NCBI GenBank assembly: GCA_027486335.1
Contig: JAIXPK010000220.1
Span: 5,620-69,619, forward strand
DNA from: Verrucomicrobiaceae bacterium
GTDB taxonomy: Bacteria; Verrucomicrobiota; Verrucomicrobiia; Verrucomicrobiales; V1-33
Direction: 5' to 3'
Length of the DNA: 64,000 bases
In this document: positions 25,519 through 34,915 of the stretch, piece by piece
Layout of the letters: each line of letters begins with the position of its first letter
How positions within the stretch are numbered: position 1 is the first letter of the stretch
The notes under the pieces: model-generated
The model's database searches: none
What the model was told of the DNA's origin: nothing
What the model saw: only the letters and a program-made list of their open reading frames with translations
Made by a program: the position numbers and the translations under genes

Positions 25519-28329
25519 TTACTTCACGACCACGTAGCGGGCGTCGAGCATTTTGGTGATGCGGGCGCTGTTTTCGCGGAGGTGGGAGCGGGTGTAGTTG
25601 TCGAGGTTGGCGTTGCCGGCGGCGGCGTTGAGTTTGTCGCGGAGTTCGGCGAGTTGCGTGGCGGCGAGATCGCTGATGGGTTTCGCGGCTGGGGCGCTGC
25701 CGAGCTTGTTGTTGGCGAGGTCGACGAGCCGGTCGATGTGTTCGCGCTGCAGGTTGCGGCGCAGACTGCTGATGAGCGGCTGGCGGTCGCTGAACTTCTG
25801 GTTGGCGTCGACGTTGTCGAGTTCGGTCCATGCGGCGGCGCGGACGGTGGAGAGGACCTCTGGGAGGGTGAGGGCGTCCTGATCGGCAGCGGTGCGGAAT
25901 TCGTTATCGAAGACGCGGCTGAGAGTGACCGGGTTGAGGATGGCGGTCATGGCGCTGGCCTGGATGCCGAGGACGCGGTCGTGGACTGGCCAGTTGGGTT
26001 CCTCGAAGTTGTTTTCCATGTCGAACCATTTGTCGACGGTGAGGAACTTGAGGAGGTTAGGGCTGAGGCCGTAGGAGTCGTCCGGGAACGTGTTGGCGAG
26101 GACGAACTTGAGGGCTTCGCGCTGAGTGGCGGCGGGCACTGGTTCGACTGGTGCGCCGGCGTTAGGGTCGCCCTTGCGGTTTCTGGTGGTGAGGCTGCCG
26201 CCGAGCCAGTTGGCCATCATCATGACGGCCTGGACCTGGGTCTGGAGGGTGAGCTGGTAGCCGCGGCGGGCCTTGGACCATGATTCGCCGTCCTTGACGA
26301 ACTTGTCGAGGAGCTTGCCGCGGTGTTCGCGGACGAGCGTCATCTGATTTTCGGCGAAGGCGATGGGGTCCTTGGCGAAGTCGTAGCGGCGTGCGCGTGG
26401 GTCAGGGCCGCCGGTGTCTTCGTCGGTGGCGTACATGAGTTCCGGCTGCGTGTTCTTGGCGAGGATGGGTTTGAGGTCCTTCTCGAAGGTGTAGCCGTAT
26501 TCGATGGCCCAGTCGTCATAGGGTCCGACGGTGATCATGCCGTAGTCGCCCTGGGGGACGTCTTTTTTGGCGACGACATTGATAGGGATGTAGTCCATGA
26601 CGCTGGAGGCGAAGGGTTTTTTCCCTTTGACGGCGTCGCTGTTGATTTCGGCCCACGTGTAGATGCTGGAGCCTTTAAAGTTATGGCGGAGCCCGAGCGT
26701 GTGGCCGACCTCGTGGACGGTGAGGTCAGCGAGGAGGGGCCCGATGAAGTTTTCGGGGATGCCGTCGATGAGCTGGTCGCCGGGGGCTGGGGCGACGGCG
26801 GCGGTGGCCATGGCCATGTCCATGAGGGCGAGGCCGTGGCTCATCCAGTCGGCGGCCTGGCAGTAGCCATTGAACTGGACATTGCGGCCAACGAGACCGT
26901 CGTATTCGTTTTTCCCGGCGAGCGGGCCGCCCATCATGGCGGCGGCGATGGCGTGACCGCCGAGGGCGGGCATGGGGGAGCGCTTGATCTGGTCGAGGAC
27001 GGTGGCGCGCTTTTCGGGGGCGGCGAGGCGGACGCGCGGATCCCAGTTAGGATTGTCGTGGAGCCACGCGAGGGTTTCCGGGGACGCGCCTTCCATGGCG
27101 AGCTGAGGGACGATTTCGTTATACTGACGCCACCAGTGGCGGATCCAGCCGTCGGTGAGGACGATGTCTGCGTCGAGGATCTGGCCGGTGAGCGGGTGAG
27201 TCCGGGAGGGCCCGATGGCGGTGCCGACCCCGTTGGAGAGCCAGCGGATGAAGTTGTAGTTCACGTCTTCGGGGTCTTTTTCCATGTGTTCGCCGGTGCT
27301 GGCGTCCTGGAAGTAGACCTGGATGGCGTTGACGAGCCCGACTTTTTCGAAGGCCTTGTTCCACATGTCGACACCCTCCTTGACCCAGCGGCGGTAGCGG
27401 ATGGGGGTGGTGTGTTCGATGTAGAAGATGATCGGGGTTTTAGGCGGACTGAGCTTGAGGGAAGGGTCGGCCTTTTCGAGATGCCAGCGGTTGATGAACC
27501 GCATTTTGGTTTCTTCGGGGGTGAACTTGCCGAAGTCGGTGTACGACGTGGTGAAGTAGCCGACGCGTTCATCGGCCTGACGCGGCTGGTAGCCGGTGTT
27601 GTCGGGGATGAGGCTGAAGCTGTAGTGGAACGTGCGGAGTTTGCCGCCGGCGGTGGGGGCTTCGATGGCGATTTCGACGTTGTTAGGGAATGCCTTGGCG
27701 GTTTTGATTTTGTAGAGCCCCTTGTTCATGCCAGCGGCTTCTGCGCCGAAGAATTTTTCGGCGTGCATGACGACGAGTTCGTCGAGATCGATGATGGGGC
27801 CGCCGTTTGGCATGATGCCTTGGATGGGCATGTCGAGGACGACGCGGTCGGTGAAGAGCCTTTTGATGCTGTCCTGGCTGGCTTTATCGCCGGTGGAGCG
27901 GATGCCGAGTTCCGGGGTGACCATGGCGAGGCGTTTGCCGTAGGGGCGCCAGTAGAAGTAGAGGTCACCGGCCTGGAGCCCGGCGTAGTCGTCGCCGCTG
28001 GCGACGGTGAGGGCGAGATAGTGGCGCTGGCCTGCGAATTCCTTGGGGAGTTCGGCGTAGAGTTGCTGGTCCTTGCCGCGGCTCCAGAGAGTGTAGAAGG
28101 ATTTGCGGCCGTCGGCGGTGCTGACGACTTTTTCGAAGCCGCGGAGGACGTCTTCGATTTTAGGGAAGTCGGGCTGTGCGGTGGGGTCTGGTTGGGGGAC
28201 TGGAGCAGCTGGGACGGTGGCTGGCCCGTTGCCTTGAGGGGGCGGCGGGGCGATGAGCGGGTTCTGGGCGGCGAGGATGCCGGTGAGACCGGCGTAGATG
28301 AGCGAGAGGGCGATGGGATTTGGGGTCAT
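25519..28329 (-). CDS. Secreted zinc metalloprotease (HExxH zincin, DUF4953/DUF5117-like architecture)
   Basis: Start trimmed to MTPNPIALSLIYAGLTGILAAQ (28329). Zincin site HEVGHTLGLRHNF. 936 aa. The upstream 235 codons of the track ORF are a translated Pro-rich repeat and overlap the sigma gene. Confidence 0.85.
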   Translation of the reverse strand: MTPNPIALSLIYAGLTGILAAQNPLIAPPPPQGNGPATVPAAPVPQPDPTAQPDFPKIEDVLRGFEKVVSTADGRKSFYTLWSRGKDQQLYAELPKEFAGQRHYLALTVASGDDYAGLQAGDLYFYWRPYGKRLAMVTPELGIRSTGDKASQDSIKRLFTDRVVLDMPIQGIMPNGGPIIDLDELVVMHAEKFFGAEAAGMNKGLYKIKTAKAFPNNVEIAIEAPTAGGKLRTFHYSFSLIPDNTGYQPRQADERVGYFTTSYTDFGKFTPEETKMRFINRWHLEKADPSLKLSPPKTPIIFYIEHTTPIRYRRWVKEGVDMWNKAFEKVGLVNAIQVYFQDASTGEHMEKDPEDVNYNFIRWLSNGVGTAIGPSRTHPLTGQILDADIVLTDGWIRHWWRQYNEIVPQLAMEGASPETLAWLHDNPNWDPRVRLAAPEKRATVLDQIKRSPMPALGGHAIAAAMMGGPLAGKNEYDGLVGRNVQFNGYCQAADWMSHGLALMDMAMATAAVAPAPGDQLIDGIPENFIGPLLADLTVHEVGHTLGLRHNFKGSSIYTWAEINSDAVKGKKPFASSVMDYIPINVVAKKDVPQGDYGMITVGPYDDWAIEYGYTFEKDLKPILAKNTQPELMYATDEDTGGPDPRARRYDFAKDPIAFAENQMTLVREHRGKLLDKFVKDGESWSKARRGYQLTLQTQVQAVMMMANWLGGSLTTRNRKGDPNAGAPVEPVPAATQREALKFVLANTFPDDSYGLSPNLLKFLTVDKWFDMENNFEEPNWPVHDRVLGIQASAMTAILNPVTLSRVFDNEFRTAADQDALTLPEVLSTVRAAAWTELDNVDANQKFSDRQPLISSLRRNLQREHIDRLVDLANNKLGSAPAAKPISDLAATQLAELRDKLNAAAGNANLDNYTRSHLRENSARITKMLDARYVVVK

Positions 28330-28485
28330 GGGAATGGGCTTTGAGGTGGAGAAGGAGGGTGAGGGTTTGTGGTATTTATAAAAATTACAGAAATTCAGAT
28401 TGAGTGCAAGTGGAAAGGGTGGGTGAAGTGGCAAGTGCCTGAGGGAAGCGACGGTGGGGGGAGGAATGATTTGGAAATCGTCCCG

Positions 28486-28658
28486 GGAATGCGGAGGGGG
28501 AGGCAAAGGAATGAGGGGGAGGGGAATGCGGGGGAGGAGAGGGAGAGGCAAGGGAATGGATGGCAGAGGAATGCGGAGGAGGAGAGGGAGAGGCAGGGGA
28601 ATGGGTGGCAGGGGAATGTGGGGGAGGAGAGGGAGAGGCAGAGGAATGTGGAGGGGGG
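28486..28658. repeat. 45-bp G-rich tandem array (3 full units plus a partial)
   Basis: The units GGAATGCGGGGGAGGAGAGGGAGAGGCAAGGGAATGGATGGCAGA (28523-28567), 28568-28612 and 28613-28657 are near identical. The same unit occurs at 40341-40430. Confidence 0.9.
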
Positions 28659-28805
28659 CGAGTCGCGGGCATGAGGTATTGCAGCGCACTGAGCGGATGG
28701 GCGCGGTGCGTGGAGGGGATGGGGTGTGGTGGGGCGCCCGGCGGCTGATGGGGCGGCGGCGGGGGCAGGTCGGCGATGCTGTTAGGGATCGCTGGGTGGG
28801 ATGGG

Positions 28806-29426
28806 TCAGCCGCGTTCTTCGAGGAGGTTGATGCTGGCGCGGAGCATTTTGCGGACGCGGAAGTTGGTGACGTGGACGGAGACTCTGGAGACCTTGAGGA
28901 CGCGGGCGACGTCTGCTGGTGGGTGGCCCTGGATGGTGGTGAGTTCGAAGATCTGGAACTGGAGTGGGGGGCAGGTACGGCGGACGCGGTCGAGGGCGGC
29001 GGCGACGATGTGCTCCTGCCATTCTGCGTCCCATGTGGCGTCGAGCTGGGCCATGGCTGGGTCTTCGAGGTTGGCGACGGCGGCGGCGTCGAGGGCGACG
29101 ACTTTGTCAGGTGGTTGTTCGCGGTAGCGGCGGCGGAGGATGTCGGCGACGCGGCGGCGGGTGATGGTTTTGAGCCATGCTTTGAAGCGGCCTTTGGAGC
29201 GATCGTATTTGAAGTCGGCCATTTCTTTGGCGACGCAGAGGATGGTGTCCTGGACGGCGTCCTGAGCTTCCTGGTCGTCGAGGCCTGATTTGCGGGCGAC
29301 GGCGTAGATGAGTTTCCAGTAGGTGTTGAAGAATTCCTGCCATGAGTCCTGATTATTCCAGTCTCGGAGCCGGCTGAGGAGACTGTGCCGGGTGGGTTGG
29401 AGGCTGGGAGGGTCGAGGGTGGTCAT
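28806..29426 (-). CDS. ECF-type sigma-70 family factor (orphan paralogue of 45330-46040)
   Basis: DSWQEFFNTYWKLIYAVARKSGL, FKAWLKTITRRRVADILRRR, QFQIFELTTIQG, and the region 4 HTH ADVARVLKVSRVSVHVTNFRVRKML. Confidence 0.85.
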   Translation of the reverse strand: MTTLDPPSLQPTRHSLLSRLRDWNNQDSWQEFFNTYWKLIYAVARKSGLDDQEAQDAVQDTILCVAKEMADFKYDRSKGRFKAWLKTITRRRVADILRRRYREQPPDKVVALDAAAVANLEDPAMAQLDATWDAEWQEHIVAAALDRVRRTCPPLQFQIFELTTIQGHPPADVARVLKVSRVSVHVTNFRVRKMLRASINLLEERG

Positions 29427-29519
29427 GGGGCGGGCTGAGCGCGCAGGTGGGTAGGGAAGTATAGGGCGCGGGAGGGGAGGAGGGCGAGTTGGAAAACGGG
29501 GAAAATGCGGTAGAAATGG

Positions 29520-31409
29520 CTAGTAGCGATGGTCGGTGCTGACGGCGCGGAAGAAGCGGGTGGGCGGGGTGCCGTTGAGCGGGGAGACGTTGATGACCTT
29601 GTCGAGGCCATCGCCGATGTAGCTGTCGGCGCGTTGCCATGAGCGGAGATCGCTGGAGATTTCGAGATCGTAGAAGGCACCTTGTTCGGTGGAGATGCGG
29701 AGTTCGAGGCCGGACGCTGATTTGGTGAGGGAGATGAAGGGGAGCGTGGCTGGAGGGAGGGCGGGCCATGCTGGTTCGGGGGAGGCACCGATGCTGGCGA
29801 TGCTAAAGGGGGAGTAGTAGGTGCCGGCTCCTCCGTAGCCGATGCCGATTGAGGCGTCCATTCCCATTGGTTGGTCGGATCCATTGCGATCGTGGTAGAT
29901 GGCCCTGCCGTAGGTGGGTGCCTGGGCCATGAAGAAGGCTGGGCGGGAAGTGAAGCCGAAGCCTTGTTTTTCGAAGGGGACATTACCGACCTTGACGCCC
30001 GGGAAGGTGTTAGTCGGTGCGGGGACGAAGAAGCTGTCGAGGGGGGTGTTGAGGTGCGGGCTGATGACCCGGACGTGGGGGCCGCCGTCTTCGCCTGCGC
30101 CGGTGACGATGTCTGCGAAGCCGTCCCGGTCGTAATCGCCGGAGGCGACCCAGACCCCGCCGCGGAAGTCAGCGCCGTAGACGGTGGTGATGAAGAGGGG
30201 CGGGCCGCCGACGTTGTTGAGGGAGCTGAGACGGCCGCTGTAGACACCGGCTTCCGGATCGCCGCCGGGGCCGAAGCCGTAGATGATGTCGTCGAAGCCG
30301 TCGCGGTCGACGTCGCCGGAGGCGACGCGGATGCCGCCGGTGAAGGTCGGGGCATGGGGGAGGAAGAAGTCGCGGAGGAGGCCTGGGGGGCTGGAGTTAG
30401 CGATGACGGGGCCGAGATCGAAGGCGCGGAGGTGGGGGCCGCCGCCGGAGCCGGGGCCGGTGATGATGTCGTCGCGGCCGTCGCCGTTGACATCGCCGAT
30501 GGCGACGTGGACACCGCCGGTGAAGTCGCCGTAGGGTTGGAACTGAGTGATCTGCTGATTGGTGACGGTGTTGACGACGACGACGAGGGATCTGACACCT
30601 TGGGCGGAGCCGAAGACGGCTTCCGGGACGCCGTCGCCGGTGACATCGCCGACGGCGGCGGAGATTCCGATGTTGCCGGGGCCGGATGCGGTGAACTGGC
30701 TACCGAGGTGAGTGCCCTCGGTGTAGGAGCCGAGGTGGAGTGTGGAGTCGGGCTGGCGGCCGGGGACGATGGAGGAAGAGCTGATGGGACGGCTGGTGAG
30801 GTGGGCAGAGTTGAGGCCGTTGAGGGAGAAGAGGAAGTAGCGGACGCCGGCGTCCTCGATTTCGCCGGTGGTGAGCCGGTGTTTGCCGGTGGCGAGGGCC
30901 TGGATGAAGACGGGGCCGTCGTCGTCGGTGACTCTGGTGGTGACGGAGGAAGTGGCGAGCGTGAGGTTTCTGGGACTGTGGAAGGTGAGTTTGGCGTGTT
31001 CAGAGTCAGGTTCCTGGAAGCCGTCGGGCTGGATGAGCCATGAGAAGGAAGCTGTGGTGACTCCGGGTGGGATTTCGATGAGGCCGGGGCGCGGGTGCGA
31101 GGGAGAGAATTCCCAGACGATGTCTTTTCCGGGGGTCAGGGGGGACTGATTGGATTCCGGGAAGCCGAAAGAGTATTCGAGGTGGCAATTGGCGGGGGCT
31201 GGTTCGGATAGGGAGATGCGGAATTCGAGGCGGGCGGGCGCGAGGGCACCGTTATCAAGGTTAGGGAAGGGGCCTTGTTCGACGACGCCTGGGTTGACGG
31301 CGGTGATGATGGCGGTGGGGGTTGCGGAGGCGAGGGCAGCGGGGAGGGAACCGAGCAGAGCGATCCGGCAGAGCGAATGGCGGGTGGAGAGGAAGGAGAG
31401 AGGAGACAT
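29520..31409 (-). CDS. Secreted FG-GAP/VCBS repeat protein
   Basis: Signal peptide. Repeated GDVNGDGRDDIITGPGSGGGPHLRAF, GDVDRDGFDDIIYG and GDYDRDGFADIVTG units. C-terminal FYDLEISSDLRSW...TRFFRAV module. Confidence 0.8.
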   Translation of the reverse strand: MSPLSFLSTRHSLCRIALLGSLPAALASATPTAIITAVNPGVVEQGPFPNLDNGALAPARLEFRISLSEPAPANCHLEYSFGFPESNQSPLTPGKDIVWEFSPSHPRPGLIEIPPGVTTASFSWLIQPDGFQEPDSEHAKLTFHSPRNLTLATSSVTTRVTDDDGPVFIQALATGKHRLTTGEIEDAGVRYFLFSLNGLNSAHLTSRPISSSSIVPGRQPDSTLHLGSYTEGTHLGSQFTASGPGNIGISAAVGDVTGDGVPEAVFGSAQGVRSLVVVVNTVTNQQITQFQPYGDFTGGVHVAIGDVNGDGRDDIITGPGSGGGPHLRAFDLGPVIANSSPPGLLRDFFLPHAPTFTGGIRVASGDVDRDGFDDIIYGFGPGGDPEAGVYSGRLSSLNNVGGPPLFITTVYGADFRGGVWVASGDYDRDGFADIVTGAGEDGGPHVRVISPHLNTPLDSFFVPAPTNTFPGVKVGNVPFEKQGFGFTSRPAFFMAQAPTYGRAIYHDRNGSDQPMGMDASIGIGYGGAGTYYSPFSIASIGASPEPAWPALPPATLPFISLTKSASGLELRISTEQGAFYDLEISSDLRSWQRADSYIGDGLDKVINVSPLNGTPPTRFFRAVSTDHRY

Positions 31410-31502
31410 CGTGATGGTTCGGCGGGTTGGGATGGGCGATTACGGGAGATTTCGAGAAATCGTGTGAGGATGGGTGGCGGATTGGGGAGAGAGCGGATGC
31501 GG

Positions 31503-34500
31503 TTATTCCATGATGACGCGGTAGAAGCGTTTGGATGCGGCGGCGTGCTGCTGGGTGAAGGCGCCGTGGCCTTGATCGAGCGGGAGCGGCGAGAGACGGG
31601 TGGCGACGTTCTGCCATGATTTGAGGTCGGAGGAGAATTGGAGCGAGTAGAAGCGACCGGGGAGGGCATCCCATGTGACGGAGGTGGCGGTGAGTTGGGG
31701 GGAAGGGACGAGCGAGATGATGCGGACGCGGCCGTGGCTGATGATCTGGATGGCGTTGATGGCGGCGCTGGTGCCGCCGACGCCGGCGCGGCCGACGATG
31801 CGGAGACGGCCGCCGGAGTGGTTTTTGAAGATGGCGACATTGCCGGCGGCACCGCTGGACTGGACGGCCACGAAGCTGCCGGATTCGCCGGCGACGTTCC
31901 AGTCGGTGATGTCGCGCAGACCAGTTAGGGATTCGGATTTCGTCAGGGACGTGACGGTGAAGTCCGAGCGGTTGTCCGGGGCGGGGCCGTCGAAGTAGAC
32001 GCAGACATCGTAGGACTGCCACGGGATGTTATAGAGGTCGGCGACGCAGCGTGTGTCGGTCGAGCAGATCATGGAACCGTGCATGAGGCGGGAGCTGCCG
32101 TCGGTTGGGAGCGGTTGGCCGGGCTGAGCGAGGGCGAGGTCGGCGGCACCGGAGTTCTGGATATTGAAGACGACCTCGTTGTAGCCCTTGGTGTAGGGGT
32201 AGCCGCCGGTGAGGTCGGGGCTGACATTGAGCCATTGCTGCTGGAGGACGATGCCGGCGTAGGTTAGGGAGGGGATTTCGAGGTCAGAGGAAACGACGCC
32301 GTCGGGGACGCGGCCTGAGAAATTGAGAGCGAAGCTGCCTGGGCCGGAGGTGGCGGGGGTGCTGGCAGCGGAGGCGGGATTGGAGCCGTTGTCGATTTCT
32401 GCGGCGTCGAGCCAGCCGTCGTTGTCGGAGTCGACGAGGGCCGGGGAGGCGACGAGGATGGAGTGACGCCATGGTTCGGCGATGAGAAGAGAACCGTTAG
32501 GCGCGACGGCGAGGGACTGGGGCGAACGGAGCGGGGTCTCGAGATGGCCGCCGGAGTAGTGGTCGTCGTAGACCCGTTGGCGTGAGAGATTGGGCTGACC
32601 GAGAACTCGGTGGGGGAGGATGCGGTCGGTGGAGCTGACGTCTTCGGCGCGGTACTGGAGGACGCGGTGGTAGCCGCTGTCGGCGACGAAGATGGAACCG
32701 TCCGGGCCGGAGGAGACGGCTTCCGGATAGTAGATGCCGCAGACATTGTGAGGGATGAGATTGGCGGATGCAGGGGAGGCCTGGCCGAGGGAGTTGGAGG
32801 CGGAGGCGTTGGCGGAAGGGAGGGAAGCGGCGTTGTCGAAGCGCTGGACCCGGTGATTGCGGGAGTCGGCGACCCAGAGACGGCCGGCGGGGTCGAGGGC
32901 GATGCTGACGGGTTCGGTGAACTGGTTAGCGGCGGTGCCCCAGTTGAAGCCGTTGAGACTGGTTTGGCCGACGACGAGGTCGGCGGATCGATCGGGGGAG
33001 GAGGCGGTGGCGCTGTTGAATTTAAGGACGCGGTGATTGAGCTGGTCGGCGACCCAGAGGTGGTTGGCGGCGTCGATGGCGACGGCGGCTGGTGTATCGA
33101 GGCCCGTGCTGCTGATGCTGGGGAATTCCGAGGAGAAGTCAGGCTGACCGAAGTGGCATCCGGCGTCGGCATCCGTGTTAGGGTCGGTACGGGTTGCGGC
33201 GTTGGCGAAGCGGAGGATGCGGTGGTGGCCGGTGTCGGCGATGAAGAGGTGGCCTGTGGGTGAGAAGGCGAGGCCGCGCGGGAGTTTCAGATTGCTGCGG
33301 GTGGCGGGGCCGGTGGCGTCGGTGCGGAGGTCGGGTTGACCGATGACCCATTCTGCGGCGATGCCCTCGCGGAGTGCCTGCCAGTTAGGGAACCGGAGGA
33401 CGCGGTGGTGTTTGCGGTCGGTGACGAAGACCTTGCCGGAGATCGGGTCGATGGCGATGGCGGCGGGGTCTTCGAGGTGTTGTTCGGAGACGAAGTTGTC
33501 GGACTGTTCGGAGAGACGGGAGATGATGGCGGGGGAACCGGTGAAGGGGGTGGCGGGAGAGGATTCGACGCGGAGGATGCGGCGGCTGTTGAGGTCGTTG
33601 ACGAAGAAGCGGCCGTCGGTGTCGGCGAGGATGCTGGCGGGCAGGATGTTCTGGAGACTCGAGGTGAAGTCGGATTGCCAGAAGACGGAGTCGGCGGGAG
33701 CGCCGTTGGAGAGGAGGGCGGAGGCGCGCCAGCGGAGGACTCGGTAGTTGTTGTAGTCGGCGAGGAGGAGATTTCCTGCGGGGTCGAAGGAGAGTGCACC
33801 GCTGTTGCCGATGAGCTGGGCGGTGAGGCCGCCGCCTTTGGTGAGGAGGTCTGGTGCGCCGAGGACGCCGCTGGCAGGGGCGTTGTCAGGGAGAGTGCGG
33901 GCGTTGTCGAAACGGAGGATGCGGGCGTTGTGTTCGTCCATGATCCAGAGCGTGCTGCCGTGAGCGGCGATGGTGCGGGCGAAGAATTTGTTGGGGGAAG
34001 CGAGGGTCGAGCCGTCGTCGGTGACGAGGTCCGGCTGACCGAGGACGCCGTCGGCGGACGGCATGTTGCCGCGGAATCTAGCGCTATCGAAGCGGATGAC
34101 GCGCGAGCCTTGAGAGAGCCAGAGCGATCCGGCGGTGTCGACGGCGAGCCCGAAGGCCCAGCCGGTGGTGGCGGTTAGTGGTGGGTAGGGAGAGTGGTAG
34201 TCGAGCGTGCCCTTGGCGAAGTCCGGGTATCCGAGGACCTGGGCGGCGGGGGTGCCGCTAGCGGCGTTGGCGGCGTCGTTGAAGCGAACGGCGCGGCGCG
34301 TTTTGAATTCAGCGACCCAGAGTGAGCCGTGGTCCCATGCGAGGGCGGCGGGGCCGCGGAGTGTGGTGGAGACGATGGAGTCCTGGCGGAGGGTTTCGGA
34401 GACGGAGCGCTGACCGAAGACGGCTTCAGGCTCGCCGTTTTCGGCAAGTTTCTGAGCGGAGCTGTAGCGGAGGACGCGGTCGCCGTTCCAGTCAGCGACG

Positions 34501-34709
34501 AAGAGTTTGCCGGTGGCGGGGTCGACGGCCATGGCGCTGGGGGAGACGAAGCGCGGGTTGTCGGTGTGGCCGAATCGGGCGGAGAAGACCTGACCGTCCT
34601 GAAATTCCGAGATGGCGGAGAGCTGGGTGCAGGTGGCGAGGAAGCAGAGGACGAGCGGCAGCCGGAGCGGGCTGGCGGGATGGATGACGGACGGGCGCGG
34701 AGGAGTCAT
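31503..34709 (-). CDS. Secreted NHL-repeat beta-propeller protein (1,068 aa)
   Basis: Signal peptide. More than 15 repeats of the type ..D..NHRVLRF.. (NHRVLKF, NHRVQRF, YHRVLQY, NYRVLRW). C-terminal FYSLQFSSDLKSW...KRFYRV module. Confidence 0.8.
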   Translation of the reverse strand: MTPPRPSVIHPASPLRLPLVLCFLATCTQLSAISEFQDGQVFSARFGHTDNPRFVSPSAMAVDPATGKLFVADWNGDRVLRYSSAQKLAENGEPEAVFGQRSVSETLRQDSIVSTTLRGPAALAWDHGSLWVAEFKTRRAVRFNDAANAASGTPAAQVLGYPDFAKGTLDYHSPYPPLTATTGWAFGLAVDTAGSLWLSQGSRVIRFDSARFRGNMPSADGVLGQPDLVTDDGSTLASPNKFFARTIAAHGSTLWIMDEHNARILRFDNARTLPDNAPASGVLGAPDLLTKGGGLTAQLIGNSGALSFDPAGNLLLADYNNYRVLRWRASALLSNGAPADSVFWQSDFTSSLQNILPASILADTDGRFFVNDLNSRRILRVESSPATPFTGSPAIISRLSEQSDNFVSEQHLEDPAAIAIDPISGKVFVTDRKHHRVLRFPNWQALREGIAAEWVIGQPDLRTDATGPATRSNLKLPRGLAFSPTGHLFIADTGHHRILRFANAATRTDPNTDADAGCHFGQPDFSSEFPSISSTGLDTPAAVAIDAANHLWVADQLNHRVLKFNSATASSPDRSADLVVGQTSLNGFNWGTAANQFTEPVSIALDPAGRLWVADSRNHRVQRFDNAASLPSANASASNSLGQASPASANLIPHNVCGIYYPEAVSSGPDGSIFVADSGYHRVLQYRAEDVSSTDRILPHRVLGQPNLSRQRVYDDHYSGGHLETPLRSPQSLAVAPNGSLLIAEPWRHSILVASPALVDSDNDGWLDAAEIDNGSNPASAASTPATSGPGSFALNFSGRVPDGVVSSDLEIPSLTYAGIVLQQQWLNVSPDLTGGYPYTKGYNEVVFNIQNSGAADLALAQPGQPLPTDGSSRLMHGSMICSTDTRCVADLYNIPWQSYDVCVYFDGPAPDNRSDFTVTSLTKSESLTGLRDITDWNVAGESGSFVAVQSSGAAGNVAIFKNHSGGRLRIVGRAGVGGTSAAINAIQIISHGRVRIISLVPSPQLTATSVTWDALPGRFYSLQFSSDLKSWQNVATRLSPLPLDQGHGAFTQQHAAASKRFYRVIME

Positions 34710-34915
34710 AGGTCCCTCTGTTCGGCGGCGGGGAGCGGCCGATTACGGGAACCTTGAGGAATTTTTTTAGGGGGGAGGGGTGAGGCGGCCTCCGGTGGGA
34801 GGTCAGGTTCTGAAATAGTTTCGGGGAGGAGGCGAAGCCGCTGGGGCGCAGGCTGCTGCGTGCCATCCTTGCCGATCCATGTGAGGTCAAGTCTGGTTTC
34901 CCCGGAACGAAGGCG

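Noticed and set aside
28486-28658. Possible CRISPR array, considered for the regular 45-bp periodicity here and at 40341-40430 and 11231-11371.
   Set aside because: The units are directly tandem with no unique spacers between them, and no cas genes are in the window.
25519-29034. Repetitive IPLPLPLL peptide encoded upstream of the metalloprotease in the same frame.
   Set aside because: It is the translation of the C/T-rich strand of the 45-bp repeat array. It overlaps the sigma gene further up, and the true start with a signal peptide is at 28329.
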